A stretch of DNA of 63,785 bases, filler included, from Chiloscyllium plagiosum (Eukaryota): NCBI RefSeq assembly GCF_004010195.1. It is 5 parts of one record of this genome, joined end to end, with 100 filler letters (N's around TTAATTAATTAA, not from the genome) between each part and the next. Parts side by side here need not be neighbours in the genome. Positions count along the whole stretch, not along the records: positions 46,457 to 61,733 come from NC_057711.1; 4 more parts are not named here. One strand, 5' to 3'. The position numbers were made by a program, and so were the translations under genes. The notes beneath the pieces are model-generated. The model searched no databases, was not told the DNA's origin, and worked only from the letters and a program-made list of their open reading frames with translations. Of this stretch, positions 49,115 through 61,833 are shown in pieces; the first letter of the stretch is position 1, and each line of letters starts with the position of its first letter.

Positions 49115-49908
49115 AATTGATACATCCATGAATTCAGCCTTGACCACAATTTTATCTTTGACAATCAGTTCTTCATTTAACCCCACGGGGACCATATTTA
49201 CACCCCAATATGCCAACATTTTCATGCATAGGTTCAAACAAGATTTCTTCCCTAGGCCGGACCTCCAATTGGCACTGTACAGCAGATATATTGATGACAT
49301 TTATTCATCTGGACCCATGGTGAGGATTCACTGAAACATCTGCATTGTGATATCAACGAGTTTCATCCCACCATCAGACTTACCATGGACTGTCTCATTC
49401 TTGGATGTGCGCATCTCCATCAAGGACAGGCACCTCAGTACCTCTCTCTACCACAAACCCACAGATAGCCTCATGATGCTACATTTCTCTAGCTTCCACC
49501 CTGAACATATTAAAATAGCCCTCCCCTACGGACAAGCCCTACACGTACACAGGCTCTGTTCAGCTGAGGAGGAACATGACGGACAGCTGAAGGTGATCAA
49601 GGATGCCCTCATAAGAACAAGGTATAATGCTTGATTCATTGATCGCCAGTTCTGATGTGCCACAGTGAGAAACCGTAATGACCTCAGGAGACAGACACGA
49701 GATGCAACAGATAGGGTACCCTTCGTTGTTCAGTACTTCCTGGGAGCGGAGAAACTATGCCATATTCTACGCAGCCTGCAACACATTATTGATGAGGATG
49801 GTCACTTCGCCAAGACCTTCCCTACACCTCGACTCTTGCCTTTAAACGACCACCAAACCTTAAACAGACCACTGTTCACAGCAAACTCCCAGCCTTCAGG
49901 ACAACATG
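49115..49908 (+). mobile_element. Penelope-like RT fragment (different family)
   Basis: GTIFTPQYANIFM, YSRYIDDI, SFLDV, TSLYHKPTD, LPYGQAL. Confidence 0.85.
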
Positions 49909-50181
49909 GATCACATAAATCTCTCTCCTCTCACCGTGAAATCGACGATCCTAGGGAAAAGACAACTACCATTAACTTTATCTATATCTCTCATTATTTT
50001 ATAAACTTCTATCAGGTCGCCTCTCAACCTCTTAAGGTCCAGTGAAGGAAGTCCCGGCCTATCCAGACTTTCTTCATAACTCATATCTTCCATACCTGAC
50101 AACATTCTTATAAATCTCTTCTGAACCCTCTCCAAATTGATAATATCCTTCCTATAACTGGACAATTTAAAAAAAGGAAGC

Positions 50182-50999
50182 TGTGTAAGAAAGTGTTTGC
50201 AGTTTTTAAAAACAACTTATTGTAAAACATTGTGAGTTGAAGATAGAACCGTGCCTTACTGGAGCAGTAAGTGATCATTCTAGACAAATCAGCACCAGCG
50301 ATAATGGATCAGGAGAGCTCAGCATAGAAATTGGATCGTTCCTGGGAAGGTTAATACAGCCTTGTGCATGGACTATTTGCAGAAACTTCCAGCCTGCAAA
50401 CAGAAAGCATCAGTCTCTCTTTCTTTCCCTTCCCTGTGTGGAGAGCAGATAACTGTTCTTCCCTCACCTTTCCCCTGTCAGCTGCGCTCTCTGCAAATTC
50501 TTTGTTAAGAGGACAAGCCATCTTCGGAGACATTGAAAAGGCTAATCCTCAACCAGTAAATCCAAGACAGAGAATTGGTGTAGCCATGATCCCATGTCAT
50601 TGGAAAAGCATCAGAAGAGTGATTGAAAGAAACTGGGAGGAACCAAAAGGAAATAATTTATCAATGCCCATGATCGGGACTGGTGCCAGAACTGTGCTAC
50701 TTTGACTCTTCCGTTCTCCCTCACTATAATATTTGTATGTCTGTTTCTATGGGAATTTTAAAAAGTAGGAGAGTTTAAGTTATAAAGTTATGTTAGCAAG
50801 TTATAAAGTTATGGATTAAAGATAATTTATTCACGATAGCTGTTTACTTGTTAATGGAATACATGAGGTGAGCATATACTTTTAACTTGAATTAGACAGT
50901 CAAATGGAAATGGGCAATTCAGAGGATTAATCAAATTTTCACTTCTGTGACAACTTGGAAAACAATGGGCCTTGATTTATAGCCCAGTGAGTAATGACA
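50182..50999 (+). mobile_element. Probable Gypsy 5' LTR; gag-like remnant resumes at ~53600-53870 after a CR1 insertion
   Basis: TG...TGACA boundaries followed by TTTTGGAGCTC (degenerate PBS-like); ARLVELESKLKVELPTKAKKTEIIKILTQQL and an E/K-rich helix downstream. Confidence 0.4.
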
Positions 51000-51110
51000 A
51001 AGTTTTGGAGCTCTTGGCTATGACAAAGACAACATAAGATGGTGTGTGGAGTTAGAGTAAGTGATAAAGAATGAAAGGAAACATGAGGTTTTGTACTGAA
51101 GCAAAAATGT

Positions 51111-53580
51111 CAATAGGCAATAGGTGCAGAAGTAGACCATTCTGCCCTTCGAGCCAGCACCACCATTCACTATGATCATGGCTGATCATCCTCAATCAGT
51201 ATCCTGTTCCTGCCTTATCCCCATAACCCTTGATTCCACTAGTCTTAAGAGCTCTATCCAACTCTTTCTTGAAAGTATCTAGAGACTTGGCCTCCACAGC
51301 CTTCATTCCATACACCCCCCACTCTCTGGGTGAAGAAGTTTCTCCTCAACTCTGTTCTAAGTGGCCTACCCCTTATTGTTAAACTGTGTCCTCTGGTTCG
51401 GGACTCACTCATCAGCTTCCTGCCTTCAGAGTGTCCCATCCTTTAATAATCTTATACGTCTCAATTAGATCCCCTCTCAGCCTTCTAAACTCAAGCGTAT
51501 TCAAGCCCAGTCGCTCCAATCTTTCAGCATAAGATAGTCCCGCCATTCCAGGAATTGACCTCGTGAACCTACGCTACACTCCCTCAATAGCCAGAATGTC
51601 TTTCCTCAAATTTGGAGACCAAAACTGCGCACAATATTCCAGGTGTGGTCTCACCAGGGCCCTGTACAGTTGCAGAAGGACCTCTTTGCTTCTATACTCA
51701 ATTCCTCTTGTTATGAAGGCCAGCCTATTAGCTTTCTTCACTGCCTGCTTGCTTTCAATGACTGATGTACAAGAACACCTAGATCTCGTTGTACTGCCCC
51801 TTTACCTAACTTGACTCCATTTAGGTAGTAATCTGCCTTCCTGTTCTTGCCACCAAAGTGGATAACAACACATTTATCCACATTAAACTGCATCTGCCAT
51901 GCATCCGTCCACTCACCTAGCCTGTCCAGGTCACCCTGTATTCTCCTAACATCCTCCTCACATTTCACCTTCCACCCAGCTTTGTATCATCAGCAAATTT
52001 GCTAATATTACTATTAATACCTTCATCTATATCATTAATGTACACTGTAAAAAGCTGCGGTCCCTGATCCCTGCGGCACACCCTTGGTCACCATCTGCCA
52101 TTCCGAAAGGGAGCCTTTTATCACTACTCTTTGTTTCCTGTCAGCCAAACAATGTTCAATTCATGTCAGTATTTTGCCCCTAATACCATGTGCCCTACGT
52201 TTGCTCACTAACCTCCTATCAAAGGCTTTCTGAAAGTCCAGGTATACTACATCCAATGGATCTCCCTTGTCCATCTTCAAAGTTACATCCTCAAAAAATT
52301 CCAGAAGATTAGTCAAGCATGATTTACCCTTCATAAATCCATGCTGACTCTGACCTGTCCTGTTACTGCTATCCAGATGTGTTGTAATTTCGTCCTTTAT
52401 AATTGACTCTAGCATCTTTCCCACCACTGAGGTCAGATTAACTGGTCTATAATTCTCTGTTTTCTCTCTCCCTCCTTTCTTAAAAAGTGGGACAACATTA
52501 GCCACCCTCCAATCCACAGGAACAGATCCTGAACCTTTCGAACATTGGAAAATGATCACCAATGCATCCACGATTTCTAGAGCCACCTCCTTCAGTACCC
52601 TGGGATGCAGACCATCAGGTCCCGGGGACTTATCAGTCTCTCCAACACCATTTCCTGCCTAATATAAATTCACTTCAGTTCAGTTCTTTCAGCCACTATT
52701 ACATCTGGGAGATTGCTCATGTCTTCCCCAGTGTGACAGATCTAAAGTACCAATTCAATTCTTCTGCCATTTCTTTGTTCCCTGTAATAAATTCACCCGT
52801 TTCTGTCTTCAAGGGCCCAATTTTAGACTTAACCTTTTTTTTTTCTTTTCACATACCTAAAAAAGCCTTTACTATCCTCCTTTATACTTTTGGCCAGTTT
52901 ACCTTTGTACCTTATTTTTTCTTTGTGTATTTCCTTTTTAGTTATCCTCTGGTGTTCTTTAAAAGCTTCCCAGTCCTCCGATTTCCCACTCATCTTTGCT
53001 ATGTTATACCTTTTCCCTTTATATGGTCCTTAACTTCCCTTGTCAGCCACGGCCATCCCTGCCTCCCCTTTGGATCTTTCTTCCTTTTTGGAATGAACTG
53101 ATCCTGCATCTTCTGCATTATACCCAGAAGTACCTGCCATTGTTGTTCCACTGCCATCCCTGCTAGGGTATTGCACCATTGAACTTTGGCCAGTTCCTCC
53201 CTCATAGCTCCATAGTTCCCCTTACTCAACTGAAATATTGTCACATCCGATTCTACCCTCTTCCTTTCAAACTGCAGATTAAAGCTTATTGTATTGTGGT
53301 CACTACCTCCTAATGGCTCCTTCACTTCGAGGTCCCTGATCAAATCCGGTTCGTTGCACAACACCAGATCCAGAATTGCCTTCTCCCTGGTAGGCTCCAG
53401 CACCAGCTGTTCTAAGAATCCATCTCGGAGGCACTCCACAAACTCCCTTTCTTGGGGTTCAGTACCATCCTGATTCTCCCAGTCTACCTGCATATTGAAA
53501 TCCCCCATAACAACTGGAGTAATATCCTTGCGACAGGCCAATTTCAGCTCCTGATTCAACTTACACACTACATCCACATT
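51111..53580 (-). mobile_element. CR1 LINE ORF2 (EN-RT-3' end), same subfamily as 61834-63785
   Basis: VMGDFNMQVDW, GSDHN, YRPVNLTSVVGK, YLDFQKAFD; (ATTGCCT) tail. Confidence 0.9.
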
Positions 53581-54000
53581 ACATGTCACTAGAAACTGTT
53601 AAAAGCAGGTGGGAGACGACTTAAAAGAGATCCCATAGGCCAGGTTGGTTGAATTGGAAAGTAAATTGAAAGTCGAATTGCCTACAAAAGCTAAGAAAAC
53701 AGAAATAATTAAAATACTAACACAGCAATTGCACTTGTTTGAAATACAAGACAGACAATGTACTCTGAGTAGTGAGACATTTGAATAAATTCACATTTAG
53801 TTGCTGTCAAAGCAGTTTGAACATGAAGAGACAATGAAAAAGTTAGAGAGGGAAGTCGAGGGAAGATAACCATGGTTTCTCAGATGTTGCAGTTAAGCTC
53901 ACAACTATATTAAGGGATCAGGAGCTACTCAAACACTTTGAACATAGAATATAGAACATTACACCACAGTAAAGGCCCGCCGGCCCTTCGATGTTGTGCT

Positions 54001-54197
54001 GCGGGTTTCCTCCGGGTGCTCCGGTTTCCTTCCACAGTACAAAGATTTGCAGGTTAGGTGAATTGGCCATGCTAAATTGCCCGTAGAGTTAGGTAAAGGG
54101 TTAAATGTAGGGGAATGGGTGGGTTACGCTTCGGCAGGTCAGTGTGGACTTGTTGGGCCAAAGGGCCTGTTTCCACACTGTAAATAATCTAATCTAA
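54001..54197 (+). mobile_element. HE1-like V-SINE 3' part
   Basis: V-domain and (AATCT)n tail. Confidence 0.85.
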
Positions 54198-54203
54198 AAA
54201 AAA

Positions 54204-57200
54204 GTCATCTCTCAACCTTCTTCTCGCTAATGAAAATAGCCTTAAGTCCCTCAGTCTTTCCTTGGAAGACCTTCCTTCCATACCAGGCAATATCCTAATA
54301 AATCTCCTCTGAACCCTTTCCAAAGCTTCCACATCCTTCCTATAATGCGGTGACTAGAACTGTATGCAATAATGTGGCTAAACCAAAGTTTGGTACAGCT
54401 TCAACATGACCTCATGGTTCCGAAACTCAATCCCTCTACCAGTAGAAGCTAACTCACCGTATGTCTTCTTAACAACCCGATTAACCTGGGTGTGAACTTT
54501 CAAGGATCTAAGTACTAGGACATGGAGATCCCTCTGCTCATCTACACTACCAAGAATCTTACCATTCACCCAGTACTCTGCATTCCTGTTACCACTTCAC
54601 ACATTTCCGCATTAAACTCCTTTGCCACTTCTCAGCCCAGCTCTGCAGCTTATCTATATCCCTCTGTAACCTAAAAAATCCTTCGGCACTATCCACAAGT
54701 GTATCTACCATAGTGTCATCCACAAATTTACTAACCCATCCTTCAATAACCTCATCCAGGACATTTATAAAAATGGCAAACAGCAGTGGCCCCATAACTG
54801 AATTCCAGGATGAATATTTCCCATCAACCACCACCCTCTGTCTTCTTTCAGCTAGCCAATTTCTGATACAAATTGCTAAGTCACCCTCAATCCTATGCCT
54901 CCATATTTTGTGCAATAGCTTACCGTGGGAACCTTATCAAATGAGGAGAAAGTGAGGTCTGCAGATGCTGGAGATCAGAGCTGGAAATGTGTTGCTGGAA
55001 AAGCGCAGCAGGTCAGGCAGCATCCAGGGAACAGGAGAATCAACGTTTCGGGCATAAGCCCTTCTTCAGGAAACCTTATCAAGTGCCTTACTGAAGTCCA
55101 TATGCACCACATCAACTGCTTTATCCTCATCCATCTGTTTGGTCACCTTCTCAAATAACTCAATAAGATTTGTGAGGCATGACCTACCATTCACAAAACT
55201 GTGTTGATAATCCCTAATCAACTTATTCCTTTCTAGATGATTATAAATCCTAACTCTTATAATCCTTTCCAACAATTTACCCACAACCAAAGTAAGGCAC
55301 ATTGCTCTATAATTTCCAGGGTTGTCTCTCTACTCCCTTTCTTGAACAAGGGAACAACATTTGCTATCCTCCAGTCTTCTGGCACTATTCCTGAGGACAA
55401 TGACAACATAAAGATCAAAGCCAAAGGCTTGGTAATCTCCTCCCTAGCTTCCCAGAAAATCCTAGGATATATTGCATCCAGCCTGGGGACTTATCTAATT
55501 TAACACTTTCCAGAATTGCCGTCCTTGCAATCCCATCTAGTCTAGTAGCCTGTATCTTAGTATTCTCCTCAACAACATTGTCTTTTTCTAGTGTGAATAG
55601 TGACAGAAAGTATTCATTTAGTGCTTCCCCTATTTGCTCTGACTCCACACACAACTTCCCACTACTATCCTTGATTGGCCCTAATCTTAATCTAGTAATT
55701 CTTTTTTTCCTTATAAACCTATAAAAAGCCTTAGGGTTTTCCTTGATCCTATCTGCCAATGGCTTCTCATGTCCCCCCCAGCCCTTCTGAGCTCTCTCTT
55801 TAGGTCTTGCCTGGCTAACTTGTAACTCTCAAGGTCCCTAACTGAGCCATCACATCTCATCCTAACGTAAACCTTCTTCTTCCTCTTGAAAGGAAATTCA
55901 ACTTCCTTTATAAACCACGGCTCCTGTGCTCGACAACTTCCTCCCTGCCTGATAGCCCGCAGACGCTGTTCCTCGAAAAAACTCCACATTTCAATTGTGC
56001 CCATGCCCTTCAGCTTCCTTCCCCATCCTATGCATCCTAAATCTCACCTGATTGCATCATAATTGCCTTTCCATCAGCTAGAACTCTAGCCCTGCAGTGT
56101 ATACCTACTCCTTTCCATCACTAAGCAGAACCGAATTGTGGTCACTATCACCAAAGTGCTCAGCTATCTCCAAATTTAATGCCTGGCTGGGTTCATTACT
56201 CACTTCCAAATCTAAAGTGGCCTCGCCCCTTGTTGGCCTACATACTGTGATGAGAAACCCTCCTGCACACATTGGATAAAAACCGAACCATCTGAAGTAC
56301 TCGAACTATAGTATTTCCAGTCAATATTTGGAAAGTTAAAGATCCCAATAACAACTACCCTGACACTCTTGTTCCTATCGAGGATCATGTTTGCTATCCC
56401 ATCCTCTACATCTCTGGAACTATTTGGAGGCCTACAGAAGCTCTCCTTCCCTGTTTATAATCTCAGCCCATACTACCTCATTAGGAGAGTCCTCAAATGT
56501 CCTTTCTACAACCATAACTCTGTCCTTGACTAACAATGCCATACCTCACCCTATCTTTTACCATTTTCTCTGTTCTTACTGAAACATCCAAATCCCGGAA
56601 CCTGCAATAACCATTCCTGTCCCTGCTCTATCAATGTTTCTGAAATGGCCACAACATCAAAATCCCGGATACCAACCCATGCTGCAAGTTCACCTAACTT
56701 ATTCTAGATGCTTCTGGCACTGAAGTAAACACACTTCAAACCAATTTCTTGTTTGCTAGTGTCTTCTTGCGACCCTGAAACCTTATTTCTGACCTCACTA
56801 CTCTCAACCTCCTTTATACTCAAACTATGATTTAGGTTCCCACCCCCTGCTGAATTAATTTAAGCCCACCCAAAGAGCATTAGTTAATTTTTTCCCCAGG
56901 ATATTGGTACCCACTGGTTCAGGTAAAGACTGTCTTGTTTGTAAGTGTCCCCCCTACCTCAGAATAAGCCCCAATTATCCAGGTATCCGAAACCCTCCCT
57001 CCTGCACCATCCATGTAGCCACGTGTTCAACTCCTCTCTTTCCCTATTCCTCGCCTCGCTAGCACATGACACGGGCAGCAAACCAGAGATAACAATTCTG
57101 TTTGTTCTAGCACTAAGCTTCCACCCTAGTTCCCTGAATTTCTGCCTTAAATCCATATCTCTCTTCCTACCTATGTGGTTGGTGCCTATGTGGACCATGA

Positions 57201-58110
57201 CTTGGGGCTGCTCCGCTTCCCCCTCAAGGATACAGAAAAAAATGATTAGACACATCACGAACCCTGGCATCTGGGAGGCAACACACCAACCGTGAGTCTC
57301 TCTTGTTCCCACAGAACCTCCTATCCATCCCCCTAACTATGGAGTTCCCAATGACTAATGCTCTGCTCCTCTTCCCCCTTCCCTTCTGAGCAACAGGGGC
57401 AGACTCTGTGCCAAAGACCTCTGCCCCGTTGCTTACCCCTGGTAAGTTGTCCCCCCAACAGTATCCAAAACAGTATTCGTGTTGTTGAGGGGAACCACCA
57501 TAGGATATTCCGGCACTGCCTGCTGGTTCCCTTTCTGTCCCCTGACAGTAGCCCATCTATCTTCTTCTTTTACCTGAGGTGTGACTACCTCCATGTAACT
57601 CTTCTCAAAAATGCCTCCTCTTCCTGAAAGATCCGAAGTTCATCCAGCTCCAGCTTCAGCTCCCTAACGTGGTTTTCGAGGAGCGAGAGTTGGGTGCACT
57701 TCCCACAGATGCAGTCAGCAGGGACACTAGTGGTGACCCTTACTTTCCACATTCTGCAGGAGGAACATTCAACTGCCCTAACCGCCATTCTCACTATTCT
57801 AAATTCCCAAGGAGATTACTGAAAAACTGAAAAAAAGGAACGAGTCACCTTCCCAATCAGGCACACAGAACCTTTGTTTTGGTTAGAGGAGGAGGATGAG
57901 TGGGAGACGCTGCCCGAGTAGTGTTTAAGGTAAAGCAACTGCCCAAATATAAAGCCTCACTTACCCAGCAGTCCCATGTCCGCACCTGCTCAGTGTCTGC
58001 TCCACCTATACACGAGGTAAGTTTTTATATATTTTAAATTTACCTTCCTGTCGGATCTCTGGTCCTTGCTGTCGCTCCTTCCACTCCAACTGCCGCCGAA
58101 AAGAAAAAGC
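54204..58110 (-). mobile_element. Near full-length decayed CR1 LINE (3' tail probably at ~53940-54000)
   Basis: ORF1 ECSSCRMW..CICGKC zinc finger and esterase VHIGTNHIG; ORF2 EN/RT fragments. Confidence 0.9.
54941..55071 (-). mobile_element. Single-arm Penelope terminus insertion
   Basis: TSD AACCTTATCAA (54930-54940, 55072-55082); hammerhead motif 55037-55072 with GUU triplet. Confidence 0.8.
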
Positions 58111-60258
58111 AGTGGTCATAGGAGTTGTTTAGAAATTACTCATGGATGGAATTGTCATACTCCAGGGTAATGATGAAGCTTCACTTACAATTGCTCTATA
58201 ATTTAGAATGAAGTTGAAGAGATGGAACAGTTCCAAGAATAAATTCCAGGTTCACACCTCTGAAACCATTCTTGTAAATCCTTCTGCATTAGGTATAAAA
58301 GGTATCTTTATAGTCTCTTGTACTCCCTGCATCTGTTAATAAAGCCCAGAGAAGTGTATACTTTATTAACTGCTCTATCCACCTGTTCTGACACCTTCAT
58401 TAATTTGTACATGTATGCAGTGCAGTCCCACTGCATATGCACCCCACCATCCAACAACCGCTTACAATTGGACAGTCAACAAAACTGTCAGCCTGACTCA
58501 TATCCCTGACAGAAATGCACATCTCAAGGCAAGAGATGATGACAGCATGGCTTCAGTCTGAGAGATCCTGCTGTAGATTCAATGGCCATAGAGTCTATAA
58601 AGTCGTACAGCACAGAAAAGGCCCTTTGGACCATCAAGTCTGTGCCAACCTATCTACACCCCAATCCTACAGTAATGGGCACAATTGCGTGCTCACCTTG
58701 AGGAGAGTACCATCTGTTATATTGCATTCATGGCTGAACTAGAAGCATTTGCTGAGCTAATCCTCTTGAGCAGGACTACAAAGTGTACCAGCTGAAGGTC
58801 TTAGACAATATTAGCTGGGACAGGGTGGTGTCCTATGCTTTTGTATACAACAAACCAGGTGAATGTAGATTGAAGTTGATGGTGGTACTTTTCATTCAGG
58901 GGCACCTACTCTGGTCAAGTAAGCCATTATAGATAGAGATGTGATTGAGAGTAATGCCACCAAGAAACTCTTTCCAGCTCTGGCAGTTCTTCTTTGTCAA
59001 TACTATGCCCCGCAGAGAATGATCCTCAGCTTCAGACTGAGCAGCCCAGAATGTGTGAAACCACTTTCTGTTTGCAAAGACTTAATCTACGCACCTCAGC
59101 AAATAAACTTGCAAAAAACACAAGCCCAGTTTCTGTTAAAAAAAAAAATGTCGAAGATCTGGAGATATGGGTGTCCTGTTTCTTTCTGACCATTTAGAAT
59201 AATGCAACTGAGTAGAATTGGAGAACTGCAAGATTTAGCAATTGCTTTCTTCAGCCTCACCCATTGCAGAAATGCTTCTCGGAATCTGAACATGTCACTG
59301 AAATGTTGGTCAATTAGATGCTTCCTCCAAAGACTTCACTTGTTCTGCTGGTGTGAGACCACAGGCTGACCAATCCTGTGAGTGTCAAGCAGCAGAACGT
59401 AGCAGTTGTTACTGTGTCTTGCTGTTGTTGAACATGAATGGTGTTTCTCCTTACTGGTGAGGGATAGGGCTACTGATATGTCAACAAAATATCACCATGT
59501 CCACGCTCATGAGTAACTGAATAATCTGCCAGCAACAAGCTGGGAACTCCTTGCTCCAGGGACAAGCTGAGGTGCTTTGGCACAGCACTGACAAGTTTGC
59601 AGGGCAACAAATTCTGCATTGAGAAGCTGCAGTGGAAAATAACTATGCCATCATGCTCCCTTCTCCTTAACACTCCATCATGAACCCCCTGTCACCATCA
59701 CCATCTGACGCCCTCTCCCCAAAACATTCTCTTCTCCCAAAAACACCCTTGTCTCCCCATAACTGTCCCACTCTTCTCAAAACATCCCCCCCTCCAGTCA
59801 CCTTCTCAGTCTCTCAGACACTGCAACTTCTCGCAAATACCATTATACTTCCCTGCGAGCCCATCATCCTTCCTCGCACTGTGTTCTGCTTTAGCCTCTA
59901 TCTCCCCATGATCTGCCCGCCTCACCCTGCTCCCTCAAATTCTCTCTCCTCTCACCCTTTTCCCTCCAAAGTCCTCACCCACAACACCTGCCTCACTGCC
60001 ACAGAAGGCTGTGGGGGCCAGGTCATTGGGTACATTTAAGATGGAGATAGAGAGGTTTTTGATTGTCAAGGGGGTCTAGGGTTACAGGGAGAAAGCAGGA
60101 GAATGGGGTTGAATGCTTCAAAGAGAACGCTATCATCCCAGTGCCGAAGAAAAATCAGGCAGCATGCCTTAATGACTATTGCCCAGTGGCTCTGGCATCC
60201 ATCATTATGAAATGCTTCAAGAGGTTATTAATGGCTCCCATCAACTCCAGCCTCCCAG

Positions 60259-60496
60259 TGTAGTGATTATAATGAGGTCAGCCAGGTAGGCCTCATAGAA
60301 TATGAGCTCCCTGACTGGGGCTTTTAATCTGGTCCAATCAGGGAGCTGTGGCTGACAGATATAAGCAGGAGTATCAGAAGTTCTGTTCACGCTGTGAGCT
60401 GGTACTGAGGAAGCCAGACCAGTGTTAAGTATCATGCATGTGTAAATTAAGGGTTGCTTAGTGATGGGATACCAGCCTCTGTGTGGAGTTATTTCA
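60259..60496 (+). mobile_element. 238-bp solo LTR
   Basis: TGTAGT...ATTTCA termini with perfect 5-bp TSD CCCAG (60254-58, 60497-501); CCAAT and GATATAAG motifs. Confidence 0.85.
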
Positions 60497-60596
60497 CCCA
60501 GATTGCGTTGATCCACTACAATTCACCTACTGTCACAACAGGTCCATGACAGATGCCATCTACCTCCCGAGACACTTATCCCTGGAACATTTTTTT

Positions 60597-60909
60597 TTAG
60601 ATTAGATTACTTTACAGTGTGGAAACAGGCCCTTCGGCCCAACAAGTCCACACCAACCCGCCGAAGCGCAACCCACCCATACCCCTACATTTACCCCTTA
60701 CCTAACACTACGGACAATTTAGCATGGCCAATTCACCTGAGCTGCACATCTTTGGACTGTGGGAGGAAACCGGAGCACCCAGAGGAAACCCACACAGACA
60801 CGGGGAGAACGTGCAAACTCCACACAGTCAGTCACCTGAGGCAGGAATTGAACCCGGGTCTCTGGTGCTGTGAGGCAGCAGTGCTAACCACTGTGCCACC
60901 GTGCTGCCC
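60597..60909 (-). mobile_element. HE1-like V-SINE (full length)
   Basis: Complete head, V-domain and tail on minus strand. Confidence 0.9.
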
Positions 60910-61099
60910 ACAACTGGATGCTCGACTTTCTGACCCATAGGCCACAATCAGTAAGGACAGGACAGACAACACCTCCCCCACGAGTCTTCAACACCGCTGA
61001 TCCACATTGTTGTGTACTCAGCCCTTTATTATACTCATTATATGCTCATGGCTGTGTGGCCAAATTCAGCTCGAACTCTAACGAAAGACCCCTTCCACC

Positions 61100-61733
61100 T
61101 TTTCGCATCAGAGAGCGGCGGGAGCTGGGCGGAAGTGAAGGCAGAGCACAAAGCCGGTCAGGAAGCTAAGTGATTGTTATTAGAGTGGGTTATCTCCAGT
61201 TTTCTTCCTGTTCCTCGGGCTGGTGAAGCCAGAAACAGGGAGATAATGGACTTGAACGTGTGGCTGGGGAACTGGTGCAGGAAGCAAGGATTTAAATTCT
61301 TGGATCACTGCGGATTGTTTTGTGGTAAGCATAAATTCTACAAGAGAGACGGTTTGCACCTTAATAGGTTGGGGACCAGCATTCTGGCAGGCAGGTTTGC
61401 TACTGCAACACAGCTATGTTGAAACTAAGTAGCGGGTGGGAAGGGACAAACTGGATGTTTAAGAAGGAAATTGAAGGGAAAGTTAGAACAAGAGAAGTCA
61501 AGAAAGACAACTGTATCAATGAGGCAGAAAACTCAGAAAGGGATCATGCTGTAAGGTTGAATGAAATAGGAATTGATGGGAAAGGTGAGGGTAGTAATAA
61601 ATTAAAAATACTATATATGAATGCACGAAGCATTAGAAATAAGATGGATGAATCAGGAGCTGAAATTGGCCTGTCGCAAAGATGTTACTACAGTTGTTAT
61701 GGGGGATTTCAACATGCAGATAGACTGGGAGAA
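61100..61733 (+). mobile_element. CR1 5' part with internal deletions (ORF1 esterase end, ORF2 start)
   Basis: LNVWLGNWCRKQGFKFLDH..DGLHLN; KILYMNARSIRNK joined to NQELKLACRK..MGDFN. Confidence 0.8.
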
Positions 61734-61833
61734 NNNNNNNNNNNNNNNNNNNNNNNNNNNNNNNNNNNNNNNNNNNNTTAATTAATTAANNNNNNNNNNN
61801 NNNNNNNNNNNNNNNNNNNNNNNNNNNNNNNNN

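Larger units (their letters stand above)
60110..61080 (+). mobile_element. Rex/Babar-type LINE RT fragment interrupted by a solo LTR and a SINE
   Basis: [68 protein letters not shown]. Confidence 0.85.

Noticed and set aside
59660..60000. Pro/Ser-rich ORF 59680-60039 and similar C-rich tract at 46458-46720
   Set aside because: Low-complexity pyrimidine-rich DNA with no domain or splice support
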